A stretch of DNA of 64,000 bases. Source: Phycisphaerae bacterium. Lineage in GTDB: Bacteria > Planctomycetota > Phycisphaerae > UBA1845 > Fen-1342. The notes beneath the pieces are model-generated. The model was not told the DNA's origin, searched no databases, and saw only the letters and a program-made list of their open reading frames with translations. Made by a program: the position numbers and the translations under genes. The stretch lies in contig CAXXWX010000028.1 in NCBI GenBank assembly GCA_963675745.2, forward strand, positions 82,118-146,117, given 5' to 3'. Shown piece by piece: positions 41,661 through 53,374 of this stretch (its first letter is position 1; each line of letters starts with the position of its first letter).

Positions 41661-44012
41661 ATGAGTTTCCGCACGACCATCATCCTGGTGGTTCTACTGG
41701 CGGTTCTGGGCGGCATCTATCTGCTGGTTCCCAAGCCCGAATCCACAGACCAGGGCAACGCAACTGAGCCAAGGACCGGCACAACAGAGCGTGCGTTTGT
41801 CTTCGACCCCCGGCCGGAGGTCAAGAACCTCGTCCGCATCGACGTGCAGCGCGCCGGCAAGCCCGCGCTGCTCTTTGAACGCCCGCTGCTGGCCGACGGC
41901 ACACCGGACACCGAAGCCTGGCAGATGCGCACCCCGCTGGACGTGGCCACCGATCGCTGGCGCGTTGATGAGATCGGTCGCACGTTTGGGCAACTGCGCT
42001 TGCGCGGCCGGGTCGCGGCCGACGGCGGCGGCGGAATCACACCTGCCGACGCCGGCCTCGAACCCCCGCGCGCGACCGTAACGTTGACAGACAAGGATGG
42101 TCAGGCATACGTGCTTGACGTGGGCGGCCCCGTCGCGCTCAGCGATGACACCTATGTACGCCGTGCCGGCGATTCCGAGATCCTGGTTGCGGCGCGCGAC
42201 CTGTCAAAGGAACTCGACCGCGAACTGCACGAATATCGCTCAAAGACGGTCCTGGAAATCGACCCCGCCGAAATGGTGCGCGTCGAATTTGCGAGCGATG
42301 ACCAGAACTACAAATTCGTGAAAAACGAGACGGTGGGTTGGGTCATCGAGGCACCGATCCGCGGATTCGCCGACGAAAAGGCGCTGGCTGACTCGCTGCA
42401 CGATCTGGCCAACCTGCGCGCGGTGTCGTTTGTCGAGCTGAAGGCGGATGCGCCGGTGTGCGGCTTTGATGATCCCTACGTGGCTGTGCGGGTAACCACC
42501 GAAAAGCAGCAGCCGATTGTCGTTGAAGACGCCGATCCTGCCGAGACGCAGCCGACCGAACCGGAGTTTGAGACAGTCAGGGAGACCGTCGGGCTGGTCA
42601 TCGGCGCAACCGTCGATCTCGAAGGCGAGAACCGTTACGCCCATCTGGCCGACCAAACGTGGGTCTTCACCGTCACCAGCGCTCTGGCGAACAAGCTCAA
42701 ACCCGCCTTTTCCAAGCTGCGCGACCACCGAGTGACCCGCCTGGCCGAGAATGACATCACACAGATCAATATCACGACCGGCGACCAGACCGTGGTGCTC
42801 GAACGCAGCGACGGAGCCTGGCGGGGATCGGGGGCCATCGATGAGATTGACGAAGCCACGGTAGCCGAGTTGGTCAAGACGCTCGCGGGGCTGCAAGCCA
42901 TCGACTTCGTCGACAACCCCGACGCGCTCAGCGACTACGGGTTGGACAGCCCCCGCGCTACGCTGGATATACAAGCCCGTTCACTGCCTTCGCCGTTGCG
43001 GCTGAAGATCGGCGCGGCTTCGAGCAGCGGGCGCAACACGTTCGTGCAGGTTGCCGGGCGCGACAGCGTGCTGGTGGTCGCCGCTTCGGGCGCCGACAAG
43101 ATCGCGCTGACGCCGCTCGACCTGCGCTCGCGCCAGGTCCTCGATCTCAGCGACAAGCACATCAAGCGCATCGAGCTTACGCGCGACACTCAGCGTTACG
43201 TGCTGGTTCAGACCGATGGCCAGTGGCAGTTTGAGACGCCGGCCGGTGCTCCGGTTGATGCGGCCGGTATTCGCTCGCTCACGACCAACCTGGCGGCGCT
43301 GCGGGCACAGCGCGTGCTGGCGCCCGACGCGGCTACCGCGGCCGCGTTGCAGACGCCCAACGTTGTGGTGCACATCGAGGGCGACGCGCCGACGACGCAG
43401 CCGGCGGATGCGGTGGGCCCCGCCGCCGTCGCCGGCTTCAGCCACACGCTGACGGTCGCGTTTCCGGGCACAACGATCTTGTGCCAACGCGATGACGATC
43501 CGTACATTTATGAGCTGGAGGCCACGCTGGCCCTAACGCTGCGCCAGGAGCTGATCGACCGCAGACTGTTCGATTTCACCGTCGATGACGTGCGTGATTT
43601 CAAGGTTGAGGCGCCCGATGGCACACTGCACCTGGTGCGCAAGGGTATCGACTGGACCTATCCGGCCGACCCCTACCTCAAGCTGTGGCGCAAGAAGATC
43701 CGTGACTTTCTCAAGGAGTTGGCGGAGATGCGCGTCGAGCGTTACCTCCAATATTCGGATGCGGATGCCGAGTCTGTCGGCATGGCGGACGCCGCGGTGA
43801 CCGTGACGATCGGCCTGGATGGTGACGAGACCATCACGCTCAAGATCGACCAGCACCAGCGCGGCGCGCTGCCGCGCCTGGCGCTGTGGCCGGAAGCCCA
43901 CCGGACATTCATGTTGCGTGCGGCGGACGCCGAGAGACTGCTGCGGTCGGTCGATGCCTACGTTCAGCCTGAGAATGCCCCCGACACCGCGCCGGACGGC
44001 CAGGCGCCATAG
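41661..44012 (+). CDS. DUF4340-like protein with repeated domains
   Basis: N-terminal anchor; repeated W....P...AD and YGL..P motifs; typical position after GldG-like genes. Confidence 0.7.
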   Translation: MSFRTTIILVVLLAVLGGIYLLVPKPESTDQGNATEPRTGTTERAFVFDPRPEVKNLVRIDVQRAGKPALLFERPLLADGTPDTEAWQMRTPLDVATDRWRVDEIGRTFGQLRLRGRVAADGGGGITPADAGLEPPRATVTLTDKDGQAYVLDVGGPVALSDDTYVRRAGDSEILVAARDLSKELDRELHEYRSKTVLEIDPAEMVRVEFASDDQNYKFVKNETVGWVIEAPIRGFADEKALADSLHDLANLRAVSFVELKADAPVCGFDDPYVAVRVTTEKQQPIVVEDADPAETQPTEPEFETVRETVGLVIGATVDLEGENRYAHLADQTWVFTVTSALANKLKPAFSKLRDHRVTRLAENDITQINITTGDQTVVLERSDGAWRGSGAIDEIDEATVAELVKTLAGLQAIDFVDNPDALSDYGLDSPRATLDIQARSLPSPLRLKIGAASSSGRNTFVQVAGRDSVLVVAASGADKIALTPLDLRSRQVLDLSDKHIKRIELTRDTQRYVLVQTDGQWQFETPAGAPVDAAGIRSLTTNLAALRAQRVLAPDAATAAALQTPNVVVHIEGDAPTTQPADAVGPAAVAGFSHTLTVAFPGTTILCQRDDDPYIYELEATLALTLRQELIDRRLFDFTVDDVRDFKVEAPDGTLHLVRKGIDWTYPADPYLKLWRKKIRDFLKELAEMRVERYLQYSDADAESVGMADAAVTVTIGLDGDETITLKIDQHQRGALPRLALWPEAHRTFMLRAADAERLLRSVDAYVQPENAPDTAPDGQAP

Positions 44013-44124
44013 CCAGGCATCCAAGACGAGGCCACCCAGGTAGCGTGCGGCTTGCCGCACCGCTGTCGTTACGCGCGCGGAACGCGACTCGCCACTCCAG
44101 ACATTGCGCGCGAACTCCCCCCGA

Positions 44125-45027
44125 TCATTCAGCCAGCAGTTGCTGACCGCCGATGGCCGCGAGCAGTGCGTCGCGATTCTGGTCCCAGCACTGCGGTCCC
44201 GGCAGCTTCTTGGGCAATTCGAGCGTAATAACCGGGTAGCGCTGGTCGATGCCGGCCCAACTGCCAAAACTGCCGGGCGTTGGATAACCGATGCTCGCCT
44301 TTGGTGGGTAACGGTTATGGCGGCTCATGATTTCCGCCAACTGGCGTGCCGGGCCGTCATAGTTGTTGCACTCGCGACCGCGCGTGATCGAGTGAATCGA
44401 GATGATTGCGCGCGGTTGCAGCATGTTGACCACCCGGATCAGGGCACGCGTCTCCGGTTCACTGCCGGCGCTCGCCCCGCCGTGGCTGCTGCGCGCCGCG
44501 GATACCGACCAGTTTCGTGCGGGGAAATTGCGGTTGCAGTCCACGCCCCGAGCGTTACCGCGCTCCCCCGCCGCCAAACCGTCCGGATTGGCCGACGGGA
44601 TGATCGCCACATTCAGTGCCAGTTGACTGGCGGCACCTTCCCGCAGATACCGGACCAGCGCGTCGGCTACCTCGGCACTGTTGCGCTCATCGCCGTGAAT
44701 GCCGCCGAATACCAGCACCGGGCGTGGCCCGCTGCCAAAGCGGTGCATCCGAATCGGACGTCCGTGGATTGAGTGGCCGATGACCGTGACCTGCTCGCGA
44801 ACGAGCGGGCGGCTGGAGATGTACGGCTGGCGAGAAGTCGGTGTGCGAACGGGCACGTCAGATCGGCGCGCCTGCGGTGCAGGTCGGCGAGCCTGCGGTG
44901 ATGGTGGCCGGTGTTGCTGTTGACATCCGCTCATTGATGCACAACCCAGTAGAAAAGCGAACGCGACAGTTGTTCGCCACCGCGCTCTCCATCCGAGTAA
45001 TCGTACCGTTCGTTTGTGCATCGCCAT
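44125..45027 (-). CDS. M14 zinc carboxypeptidase, MpaA-like murein peptide amidase, probable lipoprotein
   Basis: GGIHGDE, NPDG....R.NARGVDCNRNFP, SEPET, ISIHS, TPGSFGSW, ITLEL; start approximate. Confidence 0.8.
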   Translation of the reverse strand: MAMHKRTVRLLGWRARWRTTVAFAFLLGCASMSGCQQQHRPPSPQARRPAPQARRSDVPVRTPTSRQPYISSRPLVREQVTVIGHSIHGRPIRMHRFGSGPRPVLVFGGIHGDERNSAEVADALVRYLREGAASQLALNVAIIPSANPDGLAAGERGNARGVDCNRNFPARNWSVSAARSSHGGASAGSEPETRALIRVVNMLQPRAIISIHSITRGRECNNYDGPARQLAEIMSRHNRYPPKASIGYPTPGSFGSWAGIDQRYPVITLELPKKLPGPQCWDQNRDALLAAIGGQQLLAE

Positions 45028-45289
45028 GCAATCCCGTGTCTGAAGTGCAAGGTTCTCTCCCGCAGCCGGCGCGCCGCGCGCGGCCGCAACCAGCGCGGCC
45101 GCGCCGCCGTGCTCGTCGGGACCGGGTTTTAACCGACACCCCTCGCAAAATCCAGTTGGATGCGGTGCTGGCAGGTCACAATAGGCGGTGGCGATGGTTC
45201 CAGCGCGCAAAACGACGGTAAGAACACCTCACCCGGCGGACGAGGCGTTCCTACCGTCGTCATTTAGTTCAATGCCCTGCCGCAGACGA

Positions 45290-45913
45290 TTAACGGCGGC
45301 GCAACGCCAATGCGCCGAGGCAAAGCAGCAGCAAGCTGGCGGGCTCGGGCGTCAAGGAGGCGTTGTCAATCCACGAGCCACCGCCACCGGCCCCACCATT
45401 ATCGACGTTGCCGAAGCGTACCACGACCGGCAGGCCGAGTTCGTCACCGGCGGTGCCCGTCGTGTAGCTGACGCCGGCCATCTCGGACCAGGCGCCGCCG
45501 GCACCCTTGCCGGAGGCGACGCACAGATTGACGGCGAGCTCGACAAAGTTGTCAGCGATGCTGTCGCCGCCGGACAGGTAACCGATCTGATAAGGAACGG
45601 TCACATCCTCGCCGCCGCCACCGACCAACCAGCTCGTAAATGCGTAGTCCATTTCGGGCTCGAAGACCAGCGTGGAGACCTGCCCCATTATCTCGGCCGT
45701 GTTATTGCTGTAGAAAATGAAATTGAGGCCGAGCGTGCCGTTGTTTGGTGCCGGGAAACCGGCGTGGTCCGCCCAGCCGCCGCCTGTCACGCGCCAGCCT
45801 TCGGCGGTCGAGAACATCGCGCCGGGCTGGTACTCCATGTCCGCGTTGTAGAGGTTCGCGCTCGCCGAAGCGACCAATACCAACGCTGCTGTGATTGCCA
45901 TGAGGTGCCGCAT
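45290..45913 (-). CDS. PEP-CTERM sorting-domain protein
   Basis: Signal peptide; C-terminal TPEPASLLLLCLGALALRRR; GGAGGAGG SD. Confidence 0.9.
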   Translation of the reverse strand: MRHLMAITAALVLVASASANLYNADMEYQPGAMFSTAEGWRVTGGGWADHAGFPAPNNGTLGLNFIFYSNNTAEIMGQVSTLVFEPEMDYAFTSWLVGGGGEDVTVPYQIGYLSGGDSIADNFVELAVNLCVASGKGAGGAWSEMAGVSYTTGTAGDELGLPVVVRFGNVDNGGAGGGGSWIDNASLTPEPASLLLLCLGALALRRR

Positions 45914-46101
45914 TTCTGATCCTCCTCCAGTGTTTCCACTACACGCGGATGTGAATGACCCGCCACAGATTCGCCAGGATAGCCGGGTCCATGGGGGAAT
46001 GCGCGCCGGCGCATCCAGCCCGCCGTCCAATCCTCTCTCGCCACGCACACAGCGCAGCGCCCTTAGTCCTACACTTTATACTCTACACACCGCCCCCCAG
46101 T

Positions 46102-46131
46102 TTGATCTTTCAACTATCAGGATGGTATAAT
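46102..46131 (+). promoter_or_regulatory. Sigma70-type promoter, probably giving a leaderless araC transcript
   Basis: TTGATC-18 nt-TATAAT with extended TG; ATG only 7 nt downstream and no SD. Confidence 0.6.
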
Positions 46132-46138
46132 TTCAAAC

Positions 46139-47035
46139 ATGGCAGAAGAAGCGCTTATTCCGCGTGTGGCACATGATCTGGCCCGTATCGAGGCCATGCG
46201 GCCCTTTCGGGCGATCCCGGAACTGGTGATCGTCGGAGCCGACACGTCCCATACCGCCAGAGACCTGGGACCGCACTCACACCCGGGATTATTCGCGGTC
46301 TGCTGTATCCGGACGGGCTCGGTCCAGTGGCGGGTCGGGCGTGAGCAGCATGAGCTACACGGGGGACAGGTGTTCTGCGCGTGGCCGGGCGAGGTCTTGG
46401 GCGGGGTTGACGACGTGTTGCACCCGTGCAGCTTGTACTGGCTGTTGCTGGAACTGCCGAAACCGTGTACGCGAGGCTTCCTCGGCCTCCCCACCACCGA
46501 AGCCCGCGCGCTGCACCGCAGGCTTTGGCGCCTGCCCCGACGCGTGTTCGCCGCCGCCGAGTCGATCCCCGCGTGTTTTGCCAGCCTGTTGTCGGCCAGC
46601 CAATCGTCGGACCGCCTGGCCGAGATCGGAGCCAGGTCGGCGTTGGTCGGATTGCTCGTCGATGTCTGTCATTACTCGGCTGAGCCCAGCGACCGCACAA
46701 CTTACGCGACGCCCGTGGCAAGCGCGCTGGACTTGATGGCCAGCCACATCGCCGAGCCATTGTCGATTCCGGCCCTGGCAAAACGCGTGGGCTTGAGCAC
46801 ATCGCACTTCCATCGCCTGTTCAAAACGCAGACCGGGCTCGCGCCGGGCGATTACTACCTCCGGCGGCGCGTCGCCGCAGCGCGCGAGATGATCAGCCTC
46901 ACGGGTCTGCCGCTGGTGGAGATTGCCCTGCGCTGCGGCTTTGGCAGCAGCCAATACTTCGCCACGTGCTTCAGGCGCGTCACCGGCCAACGGCCGTCCG
47001 AGTACCGCCGCCTGTTTCAAGCCGATCATGGCTGA
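46139..47035 (+). CDS. AraC family transcriptional regulator
   Basis: N-terminal cupin (PHSH); C-terminal LA..VGLS.SHF..LFK...G and EIALRCGFGSSQYF..FR..G..PSEYR. Confidence 0.93.
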   Translation: MAEEALIPRVAHDLARIEAMRPFRAIPELVIVGADTSHTARDLGPHSHPGLFAVCCIRTGSVQWRVGREQHELHGGQVFCAWPGEVLGGVDDVLHPCSLYWLLLELPKPCTRGFLGLPTTEARALHRRLWRLPRRVFAAAESIPACFASLLSASQSSDRLAEIGARSALVGLLVDVCHYSAEPSDRTTYATPVASALDLMASHIAEPLSIPALAKRVGLSTSHFHRLFKTQTGLAPGDYYLRRRVAAAREMISLTGLPLVEIALRCGFGSSQYFATCFRRVTGQRPSEYRRLFQADHG

Positions 47036-47060
47036 CCCGAACACGGCGACTGATCCCGAT

Positions 47061-47330
47061 TCACTCCTCGCTGATTTCGTCCACTATGCCGATGATGACC
47101 GAGCGAATCGGGGCCTTGTCGTCGTTTACCACCTGGCGGGCGGAATTGCCTTCGTCGATCACCAGCACCGTCTGGCCGACGCCCGCATCGACGGCGTCGA
47201 TGGCTACCAGATAGCTGCCGAGCTCGCGCCCGTCCGGGGCGATGCGGTCAAGCATCAGCATCCGTCGACTGGCATAGGCCGGGTGCTTGATTGTGGCGAC
47301 CACCTCACCTTTCACGCGTCCGAGGATCAT
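47061..47330 (-). CDS. BMC vertex pentamer (EutN/CcmL family)
   Basis: MILGRVKGEVVAT.K, VAID.VDAGVGQ.V....EG.SAR, P....I.GIVD. Confidence 0.9.
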   Translation of the reverse strand: MILGRVKGEVVATIKHPAYASRRMLMLDRIAPDGRELGSYLVAIDAVDAGVGQTVLVIDEGNSARQVVNDDKAPIRSVIIGIVDEISEE

Positions 47331-47611
47331 TGCGCTTGCCACCCTTCGCGACTAACCTCATCGACCAGGCCCACGATCGTGTGGTCGACGGGCACAAACC
47401 AGATCTTCAGGGCGAGCGCCGCCTCGCGGCCACCCTCGTACGTCACCAACTGACCCGGACCAGCCATCCGCGTAGCATCGGCGGCGACAACCGGGCTCCC
47501 CGTGTCGGAACCGGTCCGATCGAGTGGCTGCACCAGCAGCATCGGCACGCCTGCAAGTCCCGTATAGCAGACGCACGGCGTCACGGTTCCGATGACACGG
47601 CCTAGCTGCAT
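47327..47611 (-). CDS. BMC vertex pentamer (EutN/CcmL family)
   Basis: MQLGRVIGTV, VVAAD...AGPG..V....G.EAA, PVD.TIVGLVD. Confidence 0.88.
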   Translation of the reverse strand: MQLGRVIGTVTPCVCYTGLAGVPMLLVQPLDRTGSDTGSPVVAADATRMAGPGQLVTYEGGREAALALKIWFVPVDHTIVGLVDEVSREGWQAQ

Positions 47612-47654
47612 CGCGGCTTCCCCCATGCACCTGTCAGAATGCGCGGCGCGGGCG

Positions 47655-48227
47655 TCATGAATGGAACTCCGTGGCATGGTTGATCCGCTCACGCAAATCG
47701 TCGTGCTGAATCGGGATCACCGTATGGCAGATGCTGCCGCCGAGCGCTGTGGCCGCCGCCAGGGCCGCCTCGACCGCGGCGTTTACATCGTGGACAGCGC
47801 CGGCCAGGTGTGTGACGCCCTTTCCGCCCAGGCCGTCGCCAAGCCGAATCTCAACAATCGTGATCTCGGCAGTTTTCACAGCTTTGTCGGCACCGGCGAT
47901 CGTCAGCGGGATTGAAGCTGACTCCAATATTGCGAGCGCATCGCCGGTGTTGGGCCGGCGCTTGCGGCCAACCGCCTCGTAAACCTGCAAATGCACGTCC
48001 GGCAGGAAAATCTCGGTGCGAATGGCGTGCCCCCCCACGCGCAGCCCCTCGGACCGCGACTCCTCGACCGCGGCAACTGATCCGCCGATCAGCACCACGT
48101 ATTTGCCCGGGTGGACCGTGCCGACACGGAAGATGTCGATCGGCGCCCGCTTGACCATCGCGTCGGCCGCATGCGTGCCGAGCGCGATACTGTCAAACTC
48201 GAATACAGCAATCGCAGGTGGCGTCAT
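47655..48227 (-). CDS. Tandem BMC-domain shell trimer (PduT-like BMC-T)
   Basis: E..SIA.G..AADAMVK.A, TVHPGKY...IGGSVAAV; second domain AD.AVK.A...EIRLGDGLGGK. Confidence 0.85.
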   Translation of the reverse strand: MTPPAIAVFEFDSIALGTHAADAMVKRAPIDIFRVGTVHPGKYVVLIGGSVAAVEESRSEGLRVGGHAIRTEIFLPDVHLQVYEAVGRKRRPNTGDALAILESASIPLTIAGADKAVKTAEITIVEIRLGDGLGGKGVTHLAGAVHDVNAAVEAALAAATALGGSICHTVIPIQHDDLRERINHATEFHS

Positions 48228-49669
48228 CACACTATCCGGAAGTGGTCCACCAGAACACATCGCCGCTCGCGCGAAAAGGCGCGCGGGCCGGTCAATCCCT
48301 CGCCGGTCGGACTGGCGATCGAGAACGACGAATATCCTTCGCCGCCCTCACCCAGCCCCGCAACGGCCGGACCGTTCTTGACGAAGATGCTGCAGTTCAT
48401 GGCACGCGCCATGCGGCTGAGCTTGTTGATGTTGCGCGAGTACATGACGGCGGTGTGGCGGCGACCGCCCTCAGCCGCGACCGCCGCGTCGATCGCCTCG
48501 TCCACGTTGGCGACGCGCACGACCGGCAACACCGGCATGAGCTGCTCCGTCCAGACGAGGGGATTGTTCATATTCACTTCGACCACGGCAAGACGCACAT
48601 CGTCACCGACATTCATGCCGATGGCGCTCAAGATGACGCCGGCGTTCTTGCCAATGAAGTCCTTGTGCATGACGCCGGCGGCGCGCGGCCCGTGTCTCTC
48701 TTTGAAGATGACGTTTTCGAGCTGCTTCGCCTGACCGCTGTCGAGCACCACGGCCCCATGCTGCTGCATGGCGGCCAACAGCTTGTCGGCTACCGAGGCC
48801 ACGACGAACGCCTCTTTCTCATCAACACAGATGATGTTGTTGTCAAACGAAGCGCCACGGACAACGCCTTCAGCGGCTTCTTCGATATCCGCGGTCTCAT
48901 CGACGACAATCGGCGGGTTGCCGGGTCCGGCGCAGATTGCCCGCTTGCCGCTTTTCATCGCGGCGTTGACAACCCCCGGACCGCCGGTGACGACCACCAG
49001 CCGGACACCGGCGTGGGTCATGAGCGCCTGGGCCGACTCAACGGTCGGCTCTGTGATCGTGGACACGAGGTTGGCCGGGCCGCCGGCGCGCATGATCGCC
49101 TGGTTGATCAGGGCCACATTGTGAACCGAGACGCGCTTGGCCGCCGGATGGACGTTGAATACGACGGAGTTCCCGGCAGCAACCATGCCAATCGTGTTGC
49201 AGATGATCGTGGAAGTCGGGTTTGTGCACGGAGTGATGGCCGCGATCACGCCATACGGAGCGCGCTCCATGAGCATCAGGCCGCGGTCACCACTCTTGGC
49301 CACCGGTGGCAGATCCTCGGTGCCTGGCGTCTTGATCGCAACCAGCCGATTCTTGATGACCTTGTCTTCGCAGCGGCCCAGCCCGGTTTCCTCGTGGGCC
49401 TGGCGTGCAAGCGGCTCGGCGTTGGCCAACATCACCTCGCGGATGCTCGCGATGATCTTATCGCGCACCGCCAGGCTCATCGCATCCAGCGCTTGGTATG
49501 CCTTCTCGGCGGCACCCACAGCGGCATCAAGGTCGTCAAACACGCCCGGCTGTGCCGGGGCGGCGGCGGATCGGGTAACCGCGGCCGGCTGCGCTGCCGC
49601 CGCCGGCCGGAGCCCCTCGAGCACACGACGGGCAATCTGATCCACATGTTGATCGGTCATTCGGGACAC
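48227..49669 (-). CDS. CoA-acylating aldehyde dehydrogenase (EutE/PduP-like) with N-terminal encapsulation peptide
   Basis: EETGLGR..DK..KN, PYGVI.AITPCTNP, VTGGPGVV, AGPGNPP, FDNNIIC, TGEG; N-terminal DQHVDQIARRVLEGL helix followed by an Ala/Pro linker. Confidence 0.92.
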   Translation of the reverse strand: MSRMTDQHVDQIARRVLEGLRPAAAAQPAAVTRSAAAPAQPGVFDDLDAAVGAAEKAYQALDAMSLAVRDKIIASIREVMLANAEPLARQAHEETGLGRCEDKVIKNRLVAIKTPGTEDLPPVAKSGDRGLMLMERAPYGVIAAITPCTNPTSTIICNTIGMVAAGNSVVFNVHPAAKRVSVHNVALINQAIMRAGGPANLVSTITEPTVESAQALMTHAGVRLVVVTGGPGVVNAAMKSGKRAICAGPGNPPIVVDETADIEEAAEGVVRGASFDNNIICVDEKEAFVVASVADKLLAAMQQHGAVVLDSGQAKQLENVIFKERHGPRAAGVMHKDFIGKNAGVILSAIGMNVGDDVRLAVVEVNMNNPLVWTEQLMPVLPVVRVANVDEAIDAAVAAEGGRRHTAVMYSRNINKLSRMARAMNCSIFVKNGPAVAGLGEGGEGYSSFSIASPTGEGLTGPRAFSRERRCVLVDHFRIV

Positions 49670-49732
49670 GAGAGTGCTCCTGATCTTCGCCCGCCAGTTG
49701 ATACCGGCAAGCCGCCGCGCAGCGTCACCGCG

Positions 49733-50029
49733 CTACTCGTCGCCCTTGCGATATCGAATCTCACCGTCAACCTCCCAGTTGTCCACAATCGCCATGATCA
49801 CCGCGTCGCACGGGCGGTTCGTGGTGATCTGCGTCTGGCGTCCGGAGCTGCCGGTGGCATAGAGGATGTACTCACCCGGACCGGCGCCCACGGCATCAAC
49901 GGCGACCACATGGCCCCCCGTCGGCTTCGCGTCCGCATCAACCGGCTGGACGAGCATGAAACGCAGCCCTTCCATGCTGCCCTCTTTCCTTGACGACACG
50001 ACCGTGCCCACAACCTTGGCTAGTAGCAT
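49733..50029 (-). CDS. BMC vertex pentamer (EutN/CcmL family)
   Basis: [27 protein letters not shown]....[16 protein letters not shown]. Confidence 0.93.
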   Translation of the reverse strand: MLLAKVVGTVVSSRKEGSMEGLRFMLVQPVDADAKPTGGHVVAVDAVGAGPGEYILYATGSSGRQTQITTNRPCDAVIMAIVDNWEVDGEIRYRKGDE

Positions 50030-50183
50030 CTGCACGCTCCACTGCGCTGCCGCGCGGTAGTCATCACTCGACGGTAAACACTCGGTCGCCGTCGCACCGT
50101 GGGAAGAGCGCCCGCGCGCGAGACCTTCAGCGCCACACATCCGCGCTGCGATATCTCCGCCGGGCCCCGACTCGGCGGCGCGT

Positions 50184-50492
50184 CTACTTGCGTTTAGCCT
50201 CGTTCGCCGCCTGCTCGGTGCGGCCCAGCGGCAACACCAGGTCCACGTTGGTGTGCGGGCGGGCAATCACGTGGACGGTGATGATTTCGCCAACCCGCGA
50301 CGCTGCGATCTGGCCGGCATCGCAGGCCGCCTTCACCGCGGCGACATCTCCGCGAATCGTGGCCGTGACGTAGCCGCCGCCCACTTTTTCATACGAAACA
50401 AGCTCGACCTTGGCGGCTTTGACCATAGCGTCGGAGGCTTCGACCATCGCGGCAAACCCGCGCGTTTCAATCATTCCCAGAGCATCTGCCAT
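50184..50492 (-). CDS. BMC shell hexamer (EutM/PduA-like BMC-H)
   Basis: [41 protein letters not shown]. Confidence 0.96.
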   Translation of the reverse strand: MADALGMIETRGFAAMVEASDAMVKAAKVELVSYEKVGGGYVTATIRGDVAAVKAACDAGQIAASRVGEIITVHVIARPHTNVDLVLPLGRTEQAANEAKRK

Positions 50493-50543
50493 TGCGAGAC
50501 TCTCTCCTGTGTTGTTCCGGACCCTGCGGCCGGACTGTACCTA

Positions 50544-51168
50544 CTATTTATCCGCAACCCGGCCGGAGACACTCTCGACGGCGGCGATCGCGGCCCGATA
50601 CCCGACTTCTATGTCACGTTCTTCACCACCGAGGTAAAGGCGTCCGAAACTGCCAAACGAACGCACCTCGAGCACGTTGATCTCGGCGGCCTTCTCAGCT
50701 TCGTTGGCGGCCAGCGCCGAGTAGGCCGCCGGCACGCACTCCATGATGTAAAGCGTCTGAGCCGGCAGAATCATGTTGCCGTGTCTCATACGGTTGATCA
50801 GTTGAGTCTGGTAGTCGTCCATGCGGCGAATCACCTGGCTCGAAATCACGCGCGGCTTCTGGCGTTGATCTTCGGTCAGGCCGATGGCATCCAGGATCGC
50901 CTGGCCGGCCTGGCGGATGTCGGCCTGCGAATCGGAGTGTATCTCCAGCATGCCGTAGAGACGCTCGACGATCTGCATTCCAGGAGTGACGCGCGTGGAT
51001 TTGAGGGCAATATCGGTGATGCGGTTGATCTCGATGCCGGGCGAGATCTCCACGAACAGTGCCGCCTGACCGGCGACGGGCAGAAAGCCCTGCGCGATGG
51101 TCGCCAGGAAAGAGGCGTATTGCGGCTGCAGGCTGTCGAGGAACACATACGCTCGTAGATCTACATTG

Positions 51169-51176
<8 letters not shown>
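50544..51176 (-). CDS. Permuted tandem BMC trimer (CcmP/CsoS1D-like, gated pore)
   Basis: [39 protein letters not shown]...[19 protein letters not shown]. Confidence 0.88.
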
Positions 51177-52647
<1,471 letters not shown>

Positions 52648-52661
52648 TGTTGACCGCCTGG

Positions 52662-53360
52662 TCAGTCAATGTCGCAGTCGAAGTTCGACGCGCGCCCGGC
52701 GTGGGTCGCGCGACCTGAAACCACCCGCTGGCCTGCCTCCACCGCAATACCGTCTGCCAGCTCAACGTAAGACTCGTCGACAAACTTCGCATAGACGCTG
52801 GTAATCCGCGGATGCGCGTGCCCGAGCTGACGCTGGACAAAGAGCAGATTACCCCCGGTTCTCAAATACGCCAAATGACCATATGTGTGCCGCAAGAGCT
52901 GTACGCTCGCCCGCGTCCCCAGCCCCGCTTCGGTCAGAATCCTCACAACGCGCCGATACAGGCCGGTCCGCTCATACGCCCGCCCGCGCTCATTGAGCAC
53001 CAGAGGCTGAGCCGCGTCCGTCCGACTGATCTCGGCCGGTAAACTCCCCGGCCGGACGTCCCTCACGTAATCCTGCACCAGCGCGCTCAGCGTTTGCGGA
53101 ACATACACGGTTCGCGCCCGGGCCGCACGCCCGCGCACCACAAAGACCGACTGCCCCGTGCCGACGATCGTGTCGCTGACTTTCAGCCCGCAGAACTCCG
53201 AGTTGCGCAGTCCTGAGAATAAGAGCGCCTTGACTATCACCTCATCAAGCCGAGCACTCGCCAACCGATCACCGCGCGCGCCGGCCATCCGCTGGCGCAG
53301 GTGCGCGACCAACTCGTCAACTTCCGTGACGGACAGAAATTTGTCAGGCGTAAGCTCCAA
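52662..53360 (-). CDS. Tyrosine recombinase, catalytic domain only
   Basis: SGLRNSE, QLLRHTY, VQRQLGH, TSVY; 232 aa with no N-terminal core-binding domain; TTG start. Confidence 0.82.
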   Translation of the reverse strand: MELTPDKFLSVTEVDELVAHLRQRMAGARGDRLASARLDEVIVKALLFSGLRNSEFCGLKVSDTIVGTGQSVFVVRGRAARARTVYVPQTLSALVQDYVRDVRPGSLPAEISRTDAAQPLVLNERGRAYERTGLYRRVVRILTEAGLGTRASVQLLRHTYGHLAYLRTGGNLLFVQRQLGHAHPRITSVYAKFVDESYVELADGIAVEAGQRVVSGRATHAGRASNFDCDID

Positions 53361-53374
53361 CTCGCGCTCGCTGT

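Noticed and set aside
48218..49993. 591-aa plus-strand ORF and similar long antisense ORFs (e.g. 10284-11612, 54778-56349)
   Set aside because: Antisense to well-supported genes; expected in high-GC DNA and lacking motifs.
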